Below, in pieces: positions 63,393 to 64,000 of a stretch of 64,000 bases of DNA. The notes below the pieces were generated by a model. The model had not been told where the DNA came from and did no database searches. It saw only the letters and a program-made list of their open reading frames with translations. The DNA comes from Tubiluchus corallicola (lineage: Eukaryota; Animalia; Priapulida): positions 62,001 through 126,000 of the forward strand of contig JAQGDQ010000421.1 in assembly GCA_030141605.1 (NCBI GenBank). Reading direction: 5' to 3'. Numbering within the stretch: position 1 is the first letter of the stretch; every line of letters starts with the position of its first letter. The translations under genes were made by a program, and so were the position numbers.

Positions 63393-64000
63393 CTGAAATT
63401 CAGAGTTCAGCTCTAGTTCAGAGCATTAATATGATCAGTGATGAGCAGTAATTATAATACGACATCACTGTGAATGAACATTTATCAACTTGTAAATGAA
63501 CGAATGTCATAATAAATGTGATATAGGTCTACATAATAAGTCTGTTTTTAGGCTCAAGCGTAGAATTCTATAATCAAAGTATGTGACAGATCTTAGCCGT
63601 CTTACTACGTGACGGCACTAAGTCACTGAACTTGATAATGTTTTTTGTAATTGTTTACTGGTGGATCAGTAACATTAATTCCGTTACTAGATACTTGTCA
63701 CTGACAAATGCCTAGCAGCCTAGCATTCTTAAAGTGAGTTAGAAGTGGATGAACTCACAGTCACAGTGCCTGAGTCAACAACATTTAGTTGAACAGTATA
63801 CGATTTTTTTGTTAGACCAGGGTGTTTGTTTTCAGTTCCAGAAGGCAGCTTGAGGATGGGTTGATGTGCCTTACTAAAGTTGTTTACATCTAATTTCCAT
63901 GAATTTATCAGCCCGTAAAAAAGAAAATTTCAGGAACGGAGTTATTCAAGGAAGGCAGCGGGGAAAAAAGCGAATCCCCGGTCGTTGCACCATATAAATG

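Overview
AT-rich, intron-rich invertebrate animal genomic DNA (possibly a tunicate; the taxon cannot be proven from sequence). I reconstructed genes by hand, checking splice sites and reading-frame phase at every junction. (1) A probable terminal exon of an upstream gene at 1278-1426 (+). (2) AVL9, 12 coding exons, 4771-18235 (+), about 906 aa with a long acidic insert. (3) LMF1 (lipase maturation factor 1), 36553-23376 (-), about 602 aa. It carries an 11-nt microexon, a pair of duplicated, apparently mutually exclusive exons, and a 5x56-bp tandem array that multiplies one 3' splice site. (4) A TMEM201/Samp1-like gene at 40333-43778 (+) that appears to lack the N-terminal Ima1 zinc-finger domain. 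(5) An uncharacterised secreted Cys-rich/calcium-binding EGF protein at 45368-54838 (+). (6) A small Lys/Glu-rich protein at 56331-55264 (-). Introns and spacers hold MITEs, LINE 3' remnants, a solo LTR, a possible Penelope-like remnant and mini/microsatellites. Most ORFs in the supplied track are spurious. No rRNA, tRNA or CRISPR array was found.
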